Origin: Coniocarpon cinnabarinum
Lineage: Eukaryota
Direction of reading: 5' to 3'
Length of the DNA: 64,000 nt
Assembly (NCBI GenBank): GCA_051942205.1
Contig: JAVECO010000073.1
Coordinates: 1-64,000 of the forward strand
Shown piece by piece: positions 10,474-22,863 of this stretch. The notes below the pieces were generated by a model that had not been told where the DNA came from, searched no databases, and worked only from the letters and a program-made list of their open reading frames with translations. Position 1 is the stretch's first letter. The number at the start of each line of letters is the position of its first letter. The position numbers and the translations under genes are program-made.

Positions 10474-12207
10474 ATGGCCGCAGTCAATCAGCAGGCACCT
10501 GTCAATTCGACTCTCGTTGACGAACTTGGGCTCGACTTTGCCGACAGCGGCTCCGAGCATGACTCTGGCGCCGAAGATGAAGTAGACGAAGACCATCGGG
10601 AGGATGCCCCCGCAGCTGAAACCAACGAGGAGGCGGAAGAGCAGGATGTAAAGCAGAAGAAGAAGCCGCTCAATGATCACCGGTTTGACGAGCTTGAAGG
10701 CCTTCTGAAACGAATCGAGGATGCACAGCAGTCGCAAGCTGTCCAGAATAGCTCAGCTAATGGCGCTGGTGTCGACGAGCAATTCGACCTGATATCCCAA
10801 TCGAACGAGTTCTCGACGATCATCGATGACTACAAATCAGAACTTCACAAGCGATTAAAGGACCTGTACTCCACCCGATTTCCAGAGCTCGAGACTCTCC
10901 TTCCAGATGCTCTCGAATATGCGAAGACGGTCGCTGTACTTGGGAACGGGCCAATGACCCAAGACAACCTTCGCGACCTCGCTTCATCGTCAGCAAACGC
11001 GCTCAACGCACCACTCACTTCTGTTCTCTCGCGGCCAAAGCTCATGACCGTCACCGTCGAGGCGTCTACCTCAAAAGGCCGTGAACTCTCTGCCGATGCG
11101 CTCGACTCTCTGCAATCCAGCTGCGCACGCATGCTGCGACTCGAGTCCGCCAAAAAGACCATTACGGAATTTGTCGAGTCCCGCATGGCCCTCTTCTGTC
11201 CCAACCTCTCCACTCTCGTCGGCTCCGAGACAGCCGCTGAATTACTCACAGCTCGCGGCGGTCTGGCGGGCCTTGCACAAACGCGCGCAGCCAACCTGCC
11301 TGGCGTCGGCTCCAAACGCTTCGCCGCTTCAGGCCTCGCCACCAACACCGGCATCCGCAACCAAGGCATCGTCTACAACTGCGACCTCGTTCGATATCTG
11401 CGGCCCGACTACAAAGTCCAAGCCATGCGCATCGTCTCCTCCAAGATCGTCCTCGCCGCCCGCGTCGACCTCTCCCGGACAGATCCCCAAGGTGTCCAAG
11501 GCGCACAGATGCTCGAACAAGCTCAAGGCCGCATCGAGAAACTGCAAGAATCAGCTCTGAACAAGGGCATCAAAGCATTACCCGTCCCAGACGACAAGCC
11601 AAGCAAGAAGCGCGGCGGACGACGTGCGCGCAAAGCTAAAGAAGCAACGGCGATGACTGATCTGCGGAAAGCGCAGAATCGAATGAAGTTTGGTGAAGAA
11701 GAGAGAGAAACGGGATACGGCACGGGTGAATCAACAGCAGGCATGGGCATGATCGGTCAACAAGATGACGGTCGCATCCGAGGTATGCAAGTCGACCAGC
11801 GCACCCGCGCGAAACTCTCAAAGAAGAATCAAGGCTGGAATGTCGGCGGCGGTGGCGGTACAAACACGCAAATTGGACCTGGCAGCGGCGCTGCGAGCAG
11901 TCTGCGCGCTGGCCCAGGAACAAGCGGCACCGCGAGCGTGCTCAAAGGTCATGGACTGCGAACGAGTGGTGTAGCCACCAGTTTGGGGAGTGCGACGGCG
12001 GGGACAGCAAGTAGTCTTGCGTTTAACCAGCGGCAGGGGTTAGAGCTTGTGGATCCGAAGGCGAAGGCGGAGATGGAGAGACGTCAGCGTGCGGATGCGG
12101 ATAAGTATTTCAAGGGAGGGACGTTTACGCAGGTTGGTGGCGGAGCTGGGGATGGGTTTAAGAAGCCGGCGTTGCCGGCGAAGAGAAAGGCGGAGGATGG
12201 GGGTTGA
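10474..12207 (+). CDS. PRP31: U4/U6.U5 tri-snRNP protein Prp31 (NOSIC, Nop and Prp31_C domains)
   Basis: YSTRFPELETL, FVESRMALFCPNLS, LAARVD, KALPVPDDKPSKKRGGRRARKAKE, RKAQNRMKFG, GTASSLAF..QGLELVDP; first ATG at 10474. Confidence 0.96.
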   Translation: MAAVNQQAPVNSTLVDELGLDFADSGSEHDSGAEDEVDEDHREDAPAAETNEEAEEQDVKQKKKPLNDHRFDELEGLLKRIEDAQQSQAVQNSSANGAGVDEQFDLISQSNEFSTIIDDYKSELHKRLKDLYSTRFPELETLLPDALEYAKTVAVLGNGPMTQDNLRDLASSSANALNAPLTSVLSRPKLMTVTVEASTSKGRELSADALDSLQSSCARMLRLESAKKTITEFVESRMALFCPNLSTLVGSETAAELLTARGGLAGLAQTRAANLPGVGSKRFAASGLATNTGIRNQGIVYNCDLVRYLRPDYKVQAMRIVSSKIVLAARVDLSRTDPQGVQGAQMLEQAQGRIEKLQESALNKGIKALPVPDDKPSKKRGGRRARKAKEATAMTDLRKAQNRMKFGEEERETGYGTGESTAGMGMIGQQDDGRIRGMQVDQRTRAKLSKKNQGWNVGGGGGTNTQIGPGSGAASSLRAGPGTSGTASVLKGHGLRTSGVATSLGSATAGTASSLAFNQRQGLELVDPKAKAEMERRQRADADKYFKGGTFTQVGGGAGDGFKKPALPAKRKAEDGG

Positions 12208-12826
12208 GATGTGCTATAGAATGAGTGTCTTTGACTGCGCAATGCAGAGTGAAGAGCTGTAGATGAATTGTCCGAAAGTGAAGCGGTGACGAGAATAATG
12301 TTGAATGTTCTTCGCAACAAACAAAGCCCCAACGCCATGGGACGGTGGAATAGGGGGTCGCATGCTATATAGACTACTCCCAACACTGTTGTGAAAGCTG
12401 TGGTCTACACAGATTCTCCCAATTTCTAGGTCGGCTAGAGCTATAGCAAGGCTAAAAGCTGCACAGCAGTTTAGCTGTAAGTAATAGTATGCCTAAATTT
12501 TATTTTACTATTGCCGCTGTATCGTTTAATATAGGCACTATATTACAAGGGGCCCAATACTCTGAAGCAGCGTCGCCGTGAAATAGCACTTCAACATCCT
12601 GCTTTCGGCCCTCCAGATCTTGCGTTTGTCTCCATGCCTCCAAATCACTGCAGGCGTTGCTATGAATCCAGATCTCTTGCAAGCTCAAACACGGCAAAGG
12701 CAAAGGCTAGGCCTTCTTCTCATCGACATCCTCACCGAATCCCACGATACAAGCCAAGGCCAGCAAATCGACCTCAAAGCTGACAAGTATTTCCAACAAC
12801 ACCTGCTCCCCAACATGGCGGACCCA

Positions 12827-13441
12827 TCAATTCCACCAAACGTCTCCGCTTCTCAAATCAGCCGACCCCATCCCTGAAAGCGCCTCCATCCACACCCTCG
12901 AATCACCTAATCCACTCCACCCCTTCATCCACAACTTCTTCAACTTCTTCCGCGCGCACTTGAGCCCCCGCCGGAACTGACCAGGTCTCTGTTCTTTGCA
13001 AGCGTGCTCTTCGGGATGCTTGCTCCTATCTTCAGATCCAGTGGTAGCAGCGACGCTGTCAGTGTCTGATTCGGGAAGTGGCGGGTACTGGCTGTATTCC
13101 GGTGGCGACTCATGTTGTGTATGGCGCGTATAGGGAGGCAGGTCGGAGATTGTGATGGTGAGGTGGCGCTGGGATGTCACTGGCGGCGTCGCTGATGTCG
13201 AGTTGGGAGTGTAGGGAGGCGGTGGTTCTGAGATTGCGTTGCGGCGAGGACGCGAAAGGCGCGGTGAGTACATTGGGCTTGACTGCATGGAGGTGGTCGC
13301 TTCAATGCGGCAATGCAGACGGTGCAGGGACAACATTGCAATTGGAGACAACGAGAAGAGGGCGTTTGCGATAGAATGTGTGAAAGGAGTAAGCAAGGCA
13401 CAAGTCTGAGAAGGCGGGGATGGATCAGGTGGGTAATGCAT
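12827..13441 (-). CDS. hypothetical protein with three PPxY-type motifs (true start may be 13336 or further downstream)
   Basis: 204-aa ORF containing PPPPY, LPPY and PPEY plus a basic C-terminal helix; no recognised domain. Confidence 0.45.
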   Translation of the reverse strand: MHYPPDPSPPSQTCALLTPFTHSIANALFSLSPIAMLSLHRLHCRIEATTSMQSSPMYSPRLSRPRRNAISEPPPPYTPNSTSATPPVTSQRHLTITISDLPPYTRHTQHESPPEYSQYPPLPESDTDSVAATTGSEDRSKHPEEHACKEQRPGQFRRGLKCARKKLKKLWMKGWSGLGDSRVWMEALSGMGSADLRSGDVWWN

Positions 13442-13658
13442 AAGTGGTGACGTGAGAATGGTGCCAAACGTTGCTCAACCAGGACGTAGTAAAGTCTTCT
13501 GCGGTGGTATGGAGAGCTGAGGTCGGACGTGCTATCACGGAAACGTCCACTGGCCTCTGCCAAAGTAAGTTTCGTGTCTTGTAGTAGCAAGGGTCCAAAG
13601 TCTGTCATCGCTTTGCTGCCGAGACCACCAGCAGATTGGAGCAAGCTCTGGTTCAGTG

Positions 13659-14883
13659 CTATGAAGTTCGTCGACGCTTGCCTTGGTTGCGTGGACGATC
13701 GCGCACCATATGCTTATTGACATTACGCTTCTTGCGAGTCTTATACCCTGATTTGGCCTGTCACCGATATTAGCTTCCGCAAACTTGTTCGTCCATGCAT
13801 TGGACTTACAGGAGTGCCCCAGGGACTTTGTGGGGGCTTGTTGCCTTTGCTCTTTCCCCGTCCGCCTCCGTGAGGGTGATCTGAAGCGTTCATCGCCATG
13901 CCACGCACGGTGGGACGAATGCCCATCCATCGCTTCCTGCCAGCCTTACCAAGCTGTCTGAAATGGAAGTGAGGGTTACTGACGACGCCGATGGTGGCGC
14001 ATGCGTTTGGGTCGACTCTTCTCAGTTCCCCGCTTTGAAGGCGAACAACCACCTCCTTGACGCCCTTTCTGTTCTCCTCTTTGGCGCTAATCGTGGCGTA
14101 CGTTCCTGCACTCCTGCAAAACACCGCTGCACCGCCTTTCCTTGATCCGACATTGAAGACTTGCATACCGATCGGTACCATCTTAATGGGCATGCAATTG
14201 CCGCGGACTGCCGTCTTTGCCGCCAACATGCCGGGATCTAGTGTGCCTCCCATTTCTTTAATTAGTTTGTCTGGGATCCCCGACCGGTAGCTCTCCACCA
14301 CATCACCGTCGCGCATGCCCTCCGCCGCGATGATATAGCTCAACGTGTCAGTCTTGTTTGATTTCACTAACGCTATGTGAGCGCTCCGATTAGGGTCGTG
14401 CTCAATGCGCTCGACCGTATGCGGTCCAATTGCTGTTCGCTGAAAATCGACGATGCGTATACGGCGCTTATGCCCACCCCCTCGATGACGCACAGTCACT
14501 CTTCCGGTGTTGTTGCGCCCGCCACGACCTCTCCCTTTCTTAGCGAATGTCAGAGGCCGATGTGGCCGGCCCTTCCAGAGGTGATCATTGATGGGTCGCT
14601 TCAGATGACGGACACCTGGCGTGCGGGGCTTGTAGGTCCGAAGCAATTGCCCTCCCGTTCGCCGTGTCGAGGGTGGGGCGGCCGATACACTGTCTCTTGT
14701 CGAGACAACTGGTTCAGGAGCTTTCGCAGGGGCGTTGCGTTGAGGAGGCGGCTTCTGTTTCGTGGCTGTGGAGGAAATGCTAGAAGCTTTTCGCACACAC
14801 GACCAACAGATGAATGGACGTTGTGCGTTGCGCGGTGAGCGAAGCAGTGCTTGCAGCGGTCGCCATGCAATGTGTCGGGACAT
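13659..14883 (-). CDS. RML2: mitochondrial large-subunit ribosomal protein uL2m; join(14883..13810,13757..13659)
   Basis: GGRNNTGRVTVRHRGGGHKRR, IEHDPNRSAHIAL, RPTVRGMAMNASDHPHGGG; 52-nt intron GTAAGT...GCTAAT...CAG gives the end AKSGYKTRKKRNVNK...; basic presequence. Confidence 0.96.
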
Positions 14884-15802
14884 GCTCGCTGAAGCTTAGT
14901 GACGAATCACCAACTGATCTTCAATATATGCATTCGACGTCTTGATTGCATTTGTCGTTGTGCGGGAGAAGCGTCTCATCGAAGTAGCACAGCGTTGTCC
15001 ATCTTAGTGGAAGAAAGCAGCGTGGGAGACAACGGAGAGCTGGTCGCTCATGGTAGATTAAGATGGAAATTCGATGTGAAGTTGCACTACCCGGCTGCGA
15101 TTGGGGCGACGACGGCATGGAGCGGTCATAGCTTGGCTTATGTCAGCGGCAGATCTACCGATGATTGGCATGCTTCATCCCAGCAAAAACCCCCCGTCGC
15201 CACGACGACCAAACCCTCAAAACTCGAAAATTCCACACGCAGCCACCGAAGCTTGTCAGCATCTTGCAAAACTGCACGCAGACCTTCTCGTGCGCCTCGA
15301 TTTGTCGACCAACAACTTTTCCGAGCGAGAGGTCTACTGCACAATCGCCCATCGCGTCGCGAACAAGCAGCTCGCGCCGTGCTTGTTTGTGGCCCGTGCA
15401 TCGCAAGCTCCACCAAAGTCACGCTTCGCCAAACACGACTCCCGCGCTTCTCGTGCACCGTCACGACAACACTCTCGACCGCGAGCCTCCTCTCTCGTTG
15501 AAGTCGGTTGACCGGTCAACTGTTTGTGCTCCAGCTCATCCTTGAGGACTCTCGCGTGTTGAGCGTCATTCCTCACTGTTCATCAGTACCTGCTTGGCTT
15601 GCTATCTTTTGAGTAGCCAATATCACGCAGTTCCTACCTTTACCACGCATCCAATCCTGCCATTGACACGTCCCGTTCAAGTCTCGAGACTCTTTCAACT
15701 CTTCGAGTATATGCCACACAGCTCTACCGTGTTCTGCATTCCATCTCAGTCACGACAATAGTGCCTTTTTGACAGAAGCTGTCTGAACTACAACCGTCAG
15801 CA

Positions 15803-17431
15803 ATGCCTCCCGTATGTGCAGCTCATATGTCATGGCTTTTCTCTGGCTTCAATAGTGATTGCTGACTTCCACACAGGCACGGACCGCGCGACAACGCGCG
15901 TTAAACAACGAAAACGATGAGAATAGCACCACTCAACGCGTTACCCGCGCCAAGGCTGCCGCTCTTGACAAGCCCAATGATACCGGCACGCTCGCAGGAA
16001 AGAAGCCTCTCCAAGCCAAGAAAGGTGCAACTAATGTCAAGGCAAACACCAAACGTTCCGCACTAGGCGATGTCAGCAACACGCACAAAGTGGGAGAAAG
16101 CGACAAGACTCAATCTAAAAAAGCTGTCCAGGGCCCTGCAGCAAAGGCCGCTCAGCCCACCGGTGTTCAAAAGAAAGCTTCGCCAAAGAAGGCGTCACCT
16201 AAGAAAGTGGCGCGCACCGACTCGACTTCGACTCGAGTTGCTCTGCTCGACAAGGACAAGAATTCGACCGCGTCTGCCACGAATGACCTCAAGCGTCCTG
16301 CAAGTGCCGCCGGCATCAACGGCAATGTGCCCAAGCGTAGAGCGGGCTCCAATCCTTCGAGCAGGAAGTCTGAAGAGACACAAACCGATGAGAACTCTGC
16401 GCCGCCACAGCCCGTGAAGACGCGTATTACTGAGAAGACTGTCACTGACTTCGACGGCGCCGGTGCAGAAGTCAAGAGGCGTGTTGAGACTAACCGTGAG
16501 ATTATAGAAGAGGACAATGCTTTCCGTGACGAACTCGAGCAGCGAATCGAGACAATGGATGATGAAGATGCTGGTGACCCTCTTATGGTGTCGGAGTATG
16601 TGTACGAGATCCTCGATTACATGAAGGAGCTTGAAGAACGCACGATGCCCAATCCGGATTACATGGACCATCAGAACGAGCTGGAGTGGCGGATGCGTGG
16701 TGTTCTCATCGACTGGTTGCTGGAGGTCCACCAGCGTTTCCACCTCTTGCCCGAGACATTCTACCTTACCGTCAACATCATTGATCGTTTCCTCACACAC
16801 AAGGTCGTCCAGCTGGAGCGCCTGCAGCTTGTTGGCGTTGCAGCCATGTTCATTGCGTCCAAGTACGAAGAAGTCCTATCACCACACATTGGCAATTTTG
16901 TCCGCGTCGCCGACGAGGGGTTCTCGGAAGCGGAGATCCTGAGTGCAGAGCGATACATTCTGCAAGTACTTGGATATGATCTCAGCTACCCCAATCCCAT
17001 GCACTTCATGCGCCGAATATCCAAAGCCGACAATTATGACATCCAGACACGCACTCTTGCCAAATACCTACTGGAGATCACGCTGCTGGATCATCAATTC
17101 CTGGGCTACCCACCTTCGCTCAACTCTGCCGCCGCTATGCACCTGTCCCGAATCATCCTTGAAAAAGGCGACTGGGATGACATCCTCGTACACTACTCTG
17201 GATACACCGAGGAAGAGATCATGCCTGCGGTTGAAATCATGATCGATTACCTCCGTGCTGCTGTCACTCACAACGCTTTCTACCGCAAATACGCACACAA
17301 GAAGTTTCTACGTGGTAAGTACTGCCAGTGAATGCTGAATGACCAGACACTGACAACTTTTAGCATCAATACATGCTCGCCAATGGGCAAAGACTCATGC
17401 CCATGAGATCCTCGGAAACACCTCGCAATGA
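15803..17431 (+). CDS. nimE: G2/M B-type cyclin (NimE/Cdc13-like); join(15803..15811,15877..17314,17364..17431)
   Basis: Destruction box RSALGDVSN; cyclin box MRGVLIDWL, LQLVGVAAMFIASKYEE; two canonical introns restore the MPP-ARTARQR start and the ASIHARQW end. Confidence 0.95.
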
Positions 17432-18439
17432 GGTCCGGGTCTTTTGCCCGAGTGGTGGGGTGACTCGCGATGGTGTCGCGTTGATGACATTCTTCCCAAC
17501 AAAACCTCATTGTTCGTATCCTCGGTTGGCTCGAAAGCCTTAGTGATGGACGACAAAACATTGTTCTGGCGTTAGGTGATGACAAGCGAGGGTCACACGA
17601 ACTGGGCGTTAATGGTGCTTTGGTGTATGGACTCTGGCACGAGCTGTCGGTGTTGGAGTACAACGAGGCGTAGAGACTACCACCTTGTGCTGTGGATACT
17701 GTGTGTATGTTCACCATCTGGATCTGGAGCGGGGAGGTAGAGTGAATTGTATAGACACGAGGGATGGCCTTGATTTGCAGACGCCGAGGGAGGTATCCAT
17801 CCCAGGAATATGATACCAGTATGATGACAGCCGTATGACCGTATGCACATGTGATGACAAGCGGGTGGGCGTTGCAGGGATTCGTCTATAATTACCGGGA
17901 ATGACCTCTTGCATCATCGGCCATCACACCGTGCATACCAGGTATGTAAGAGCACCCTCGCTGGTTGCAGGACCGTGTTGTCGATGCTTCAACAGACTCT
18001 GAAACATATCATGGAGGATGGCGCTGGATGGGCGGGCCACGCAGAGGCGAATGAGGAAGAGGAGGAGGGCGAGGGCCGTAAGCGAGTCACGCTCTGGACC
18101 CCAGCATCCAATTCAGGCGCACGTCGGCCGGTAGACCTCGATTCCGCAGGCAGCACCTTTTCTCTCTCCCCTCATCTCGACTTGTTCCCAGTGCTTGGGC
18201 TGTCTACTCGCCCTACCTATTCCCTTCGCTGACGCATTACACTTCGCTTTGGGACGTATATCTGGCTGGGTTCCGCCCTCATCTGCTTTTTAGCGTCTTC
18301 CCGCCACTTGCAACGCCGCCCGCCCATACCAATCACACTGGAGTGGCCATCGAGACCAACATCAGGCCCTTGGAGGCCTCGCATGAGCTGCTGACGGTGT
18401 CTTGGGGCTCTAATGTGGTCTGACTGGTTCTGAAACATT

Positions 18440-21240
18440 ATGGACGAATCTGCCAACGCGGCGCCGCTTGACCACGTTCCTTCTCCGTCAGATGGCAGTG
18501 GGCCACAGACAAATACCGCCAGCTTCGGCAATGACGACTTTGCGAGTCCTGCGCAGGTGCGACAAATGAGCGATGCGGCTCAATCGAAGCTGAAAAGAAC
18601 CGCATGTGTCTTGTGCAGGAAACGCAAGTTGAAATGCGATGGCGCGCGACCTGCGTGTGGCACTTGCGGGCGATTGGGCCATGATTGCAAATATGATGAG
18701 ATTCGCAAGAAGAGTGGACCGAAGAGAGGTTATGTGAAGGCTTTGGAGGCACGTCTAGGTGCGCACTGAACTATTACAGCTCTCAGATTGTAGACTGGTG
18801 CTAACATGCCCTTCACAGCACAAGTCGAGACCATGCTCAAGACACAAGACGAGCCGACCAATGCCAACGCTGCCGAACAATTTGGCTATATGAATCAAGA
18901 TCTATCAAGTATTGGAATGGCCGATCCTGCGGACCTCTCTACCATGGATCATCCCGAATTGATGCGCACTGGATCCCTGGGCAGTCAGACGGGCATAAAG
19001 CCAAGCGAGGTATTGCCACAGGCTGATAAAAATGCGCCGACGTTCGACATGATATCAATGGGTCTCGAGGAGCCTTTGCCCACACAAGACGTTATAGATG
19101 AGCTGTATGTGCATGCCTGACCACTCCGACTTGCGTATCGCTGATCCAACTCAGGAGTCAAATGTATTTTCTCAAAGTCAACGCAAGCCTTCCCATGGTC
19201 CATCGTGCTCGATTCTTTTCAGGAATGAATCTGGCGCCTCACATGAGACCGCCAGTGTGCCTGCGCTATGCTATGTGGGCTCTTGCAGCAAGCACAAGCG
19301 ACAAATTCGATTCACTACAAGCCATATTCTACCAGCGCGCGCGCAAGTACCTTGAAATTGATGAGATGCGCGGCTTCGGGCAATCGATATTGACCCTAGC
19401 CCATTGCCAATCCTGGATGTTGGTTGCTATGTACGAGTTCAAAAACATGTTCTTTCCAAGAGCTTGGATGAGTACAGGCAGAGCTATTCGTCTCACTCAA
19501 ATGCTAGGTCTACATCGACTGGATGGTACAGGTCTGGACGTCAAAATGACTATTCCACCTCCCCGAGATTGGACAGAGCGTGAAGAGCGTCGACGAACCT
19601 TCTGGCTTGTTTACTGGGCGGATCGGTGCGCGAGTATTGGCACTGGCTGGCCAATGTCATTCGAAGAAAAAGACATCCTGACAAATCTGCCTGCGCCAGA
19701 CGACAACTTTCAAACCAGCCAACCTGTGCGCACGATTACTCTTGGGGAAGCTTTACAGGCCATTGACAAGGACTTTTCGTCGACGTCGGGTATCGTGCTG
19801 ATGGCAACTTTGTTTGGACGAAATTTGACCCATCTGCATCGGCCAGAACCCGATGACAACGAGGAAGACATCAACGGGAAATTCTGGCAACGCCACAGGT
19901 CCATTGACGCCATTCTTCTTAATATCAAGCTCACGCTTCCCGATCATCTCCGAATTCCACTGGGCATTTCAGACCCTAACGTGATCTTCCTCAACATGTG
20001 CTTGCATGCGAGCGCAATCTGCCTGCATCAGGCTGCCATATTCAAAGCCGAGAAGCATCGTCTACCACTCAATGTTGCAGGTGAGAGCAAGATGCGATGT
20101 ATTGCGGCGGCCTCGGAGATTGCAACGATTATGCGCACAGTCTCACACATGGATCTGATTCAGATGAATCCATTCACGGCTTTCTGTCTCTACGTCGCCG
20201 CACGCGTGTTCGTCCAGTTCCTTAGGGCTCGCCCCAATGAACAACAAGTGTCGAATTCTCTACAGTTCTTGCTCACAGCTATGCACGCCATGTGTAAAAA
20301 GAATCCGCTAACAGAGTCTTTCATCGCTCAACTGGAACTGGACATGGAGAGTGCTGGGCTGCCAAATCCACAAAAGCAGAAAGGACTCGACAAGGTCAAA
20401 GCCCGAGGCGTGGTAAGTCGTACTAAAGTCCCAGCGCGGGTACTTGAGTTTGATTGCTAATTTTTTTTGTCATAGCCCGAGTATACGCATAGAAATGTTC
20501 AGGATGACTCGCAACTTTCGTGTCCCTTTGGAGTAATGTCTGACAACAAACCCCAAACTTCACCTGCAGCTTCGTCCGACCCAGCCAGCAATCCAGCTCA
20601 GAGTGCGCCAGTCACGCTTAGCATGCGCCAAAATGAACAGCCTGCGTCGCAAAGTAATCGCGATATCCCGTTTGGGCACACGCACGACGGAGGCCTATTT
20701 CCCTGGCAGGACCAACCTGGCGACCCAATGGACCTTGCAAACGAAATCGGCAGTATGGGACACACATACCTCGGACAGCCCAGTGGTACGAGTAGAATCT
20801 CCACTGTTTTGACGCCACCAAGATCAGACCACGAAAGCCCATTAAGTCAGAACTCCTACCCTCAGAAGCATCGACAAGGCTCGACACCTGGAAGCATGGC
20901 TTCGCAGCAGCAAGAGATTCCCGATCCACCTGAAGTCGTACCTACCGCGACATCGTATGGCTTTGCCGGGCAATACAACATGGGCAGCATGCCACAGCAG
21001 CAAGCGAGTCAAACCAACACCTCGAACACCGAAGACTTTAGTCAATTTTTCCAGATGACGCCTGGCATGTCCAACATCCAATTGCCACAGGGCTGGGAGA
21101 ACATGAATGTTCCTGTGATGACGCCCGGAGCAAGCAATCGTGAGATGGAAGAGTTTCAGAAGATGATGCAAGATATGAATGGTTGGGAAGGCGGAGAACC
21201 GCTAGTACAGAACCAATGGTATACGAATGGCCCTGGTTGA
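18440..21240 (+). CDS. Zn(II)2Cys6 transcription factor with fungal-specific TF domain (Prf-like); join(18440..18758,18819..19104,19155..20412,20476..21240)
   Basis: ACVLCRKRKLKCDGARPACGTCGRLGHDC binuclear cluster; EREERRRTFW middle homology region; three introns with consistent phases. Confidence 0.93.
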
Positions 21241-22863
21241 TCTAAACGGAAAACCTGCAACTGAGGCAGCTTGAATCTTTGCATACGTGGACACTGGATA
21301 CCCTTGGAATACGTACGCTTGGTTGGGCGATGTATAGTCACGATTATTGTTTGCAAAAAAAGAACGTGGTGCGCCTCGAAATGCACAGAGGGCGGTATGG
21401 CCGGCTCATGTGTATCGTGTGCCCAGGAAACATTTTTGGGGGGTAAATATAGGTCACATCTTGCACACACTTGGCAACCGGCATCTACATGAATGAAGCT
21501 TACGATTATCATTACTGGACTAGAGTGCTCACGCTGCACGATCGGACATATCCACACGAGATTGTGCATCTGATTGACGCCTCATTAAGCTAACTGTGCG
21601 TCGGCGGCACTGTACATTAGCGTCACAACGGGCGCTACCTTAGTGTCAACACTACGCTTTGCCCCTGACTGCTTGGCTGAGGGTCCCACGTCCTTGGGAA
21701 CGAATCTCATCTCAATACCCGTGGCGCAGGGGAGATGCCCAGAGAAAGTGCAGTGAGCAGCTTAGAATTGCATGAGACAAGCAAGTTGAGTAGTGAGGGG
21801 ACGCTTAGTGAGGGAGGATTGGTAGGACACAAAAGAGATGAAGGTCACGAGGCACTCGTAAGCGCGCGACCGTGAGGACGTTTCTTCGATTGTCCGCCAA
21901 GGCTCGCCCGAGACACCCGCAGGGAGTGGACAGATTTGGGACGTGAATCTAGCTTTCAGAAAATAGACCGGCGAGCAAGGAAAGGCCTGTCCAAGCCACG
22001 TTACTGGCCGAGCGCGCTTTGCCCACTGTCACCTGTGCACCGAGTATCAAACCCTCGTAACATTTGACGCCCGCTCCACTGATATGGCTCCACTGATATT
22101 CGGTATCTTGGGTGGCATGTCCCATTTGAAGCGCTGGGGTAACGCTGCGCATTGACCGTGTGAAGACAGTCGCAAGCGTTGAAAGATGAGCTGCCATCGT
22201 CTGGTCGCAGCATCTTGGCTAGCGCGAAGCCATGTCCATCAGTAGGTTCTATTGTGGACGTTGGTCAAGCAGCCCCGTGCCAAAGCTTCTGCAAGATATT
22301 AATGTGGTGGTCGTGGTGGACTTGTTTCAGAAGATCCAAGGGAAGAGCTTCGTGTTCTGTCTGAGATGCCGCAGAGGTAGGGCGTCCTGTTGCAGCACAC
22401 CGGCATGAAGACAGGTTGATGTTTGAAGAGCAGGGGGCGATAAGCTTAAAACGCCATTGGTGGTGCTGCAGAGACGCCTTGCTGGATGGGGACAAGCACC
22501 AGGAGACAGCCGCAGGACGGCGTGTGAGGCGGTCAGGAACAGCGACAGCCAGCCGTTGCGCTGCTCTCGTCTAGTCGTAGCGCCCTCTAGTGGAACCCCA
22601 TCGGCGCTGCACTTCTGCTCACTCCCCCGGTCACTTCACCACTCCACTGCATCCCCAACCTCTCTCCCTGCTGTCTGTCCTCTCTGCTCGCCCGTTCGTC
22701 TCTGACACTCTGGAATGCCTGGCACGCTGCTTTGGGATCTGCTTGCTACTTTGGTTTACCTCTGTCCAATGCCGTAGCGCCATTTGTCCAGCAGCCGCGC
22801 GCCCCCATTGTCTCGCGTAGACTTGACTTCTTTCATCCCTGCGTAGGCGCGCACCACCAGATA

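Noticed and set aside
14899..15576. 200-aa and overlapping ORFs between RML2 and cyclin B
   Set aside because: GC-rich promoter/5' leader with non-ATG starts; likely chance ORFs.
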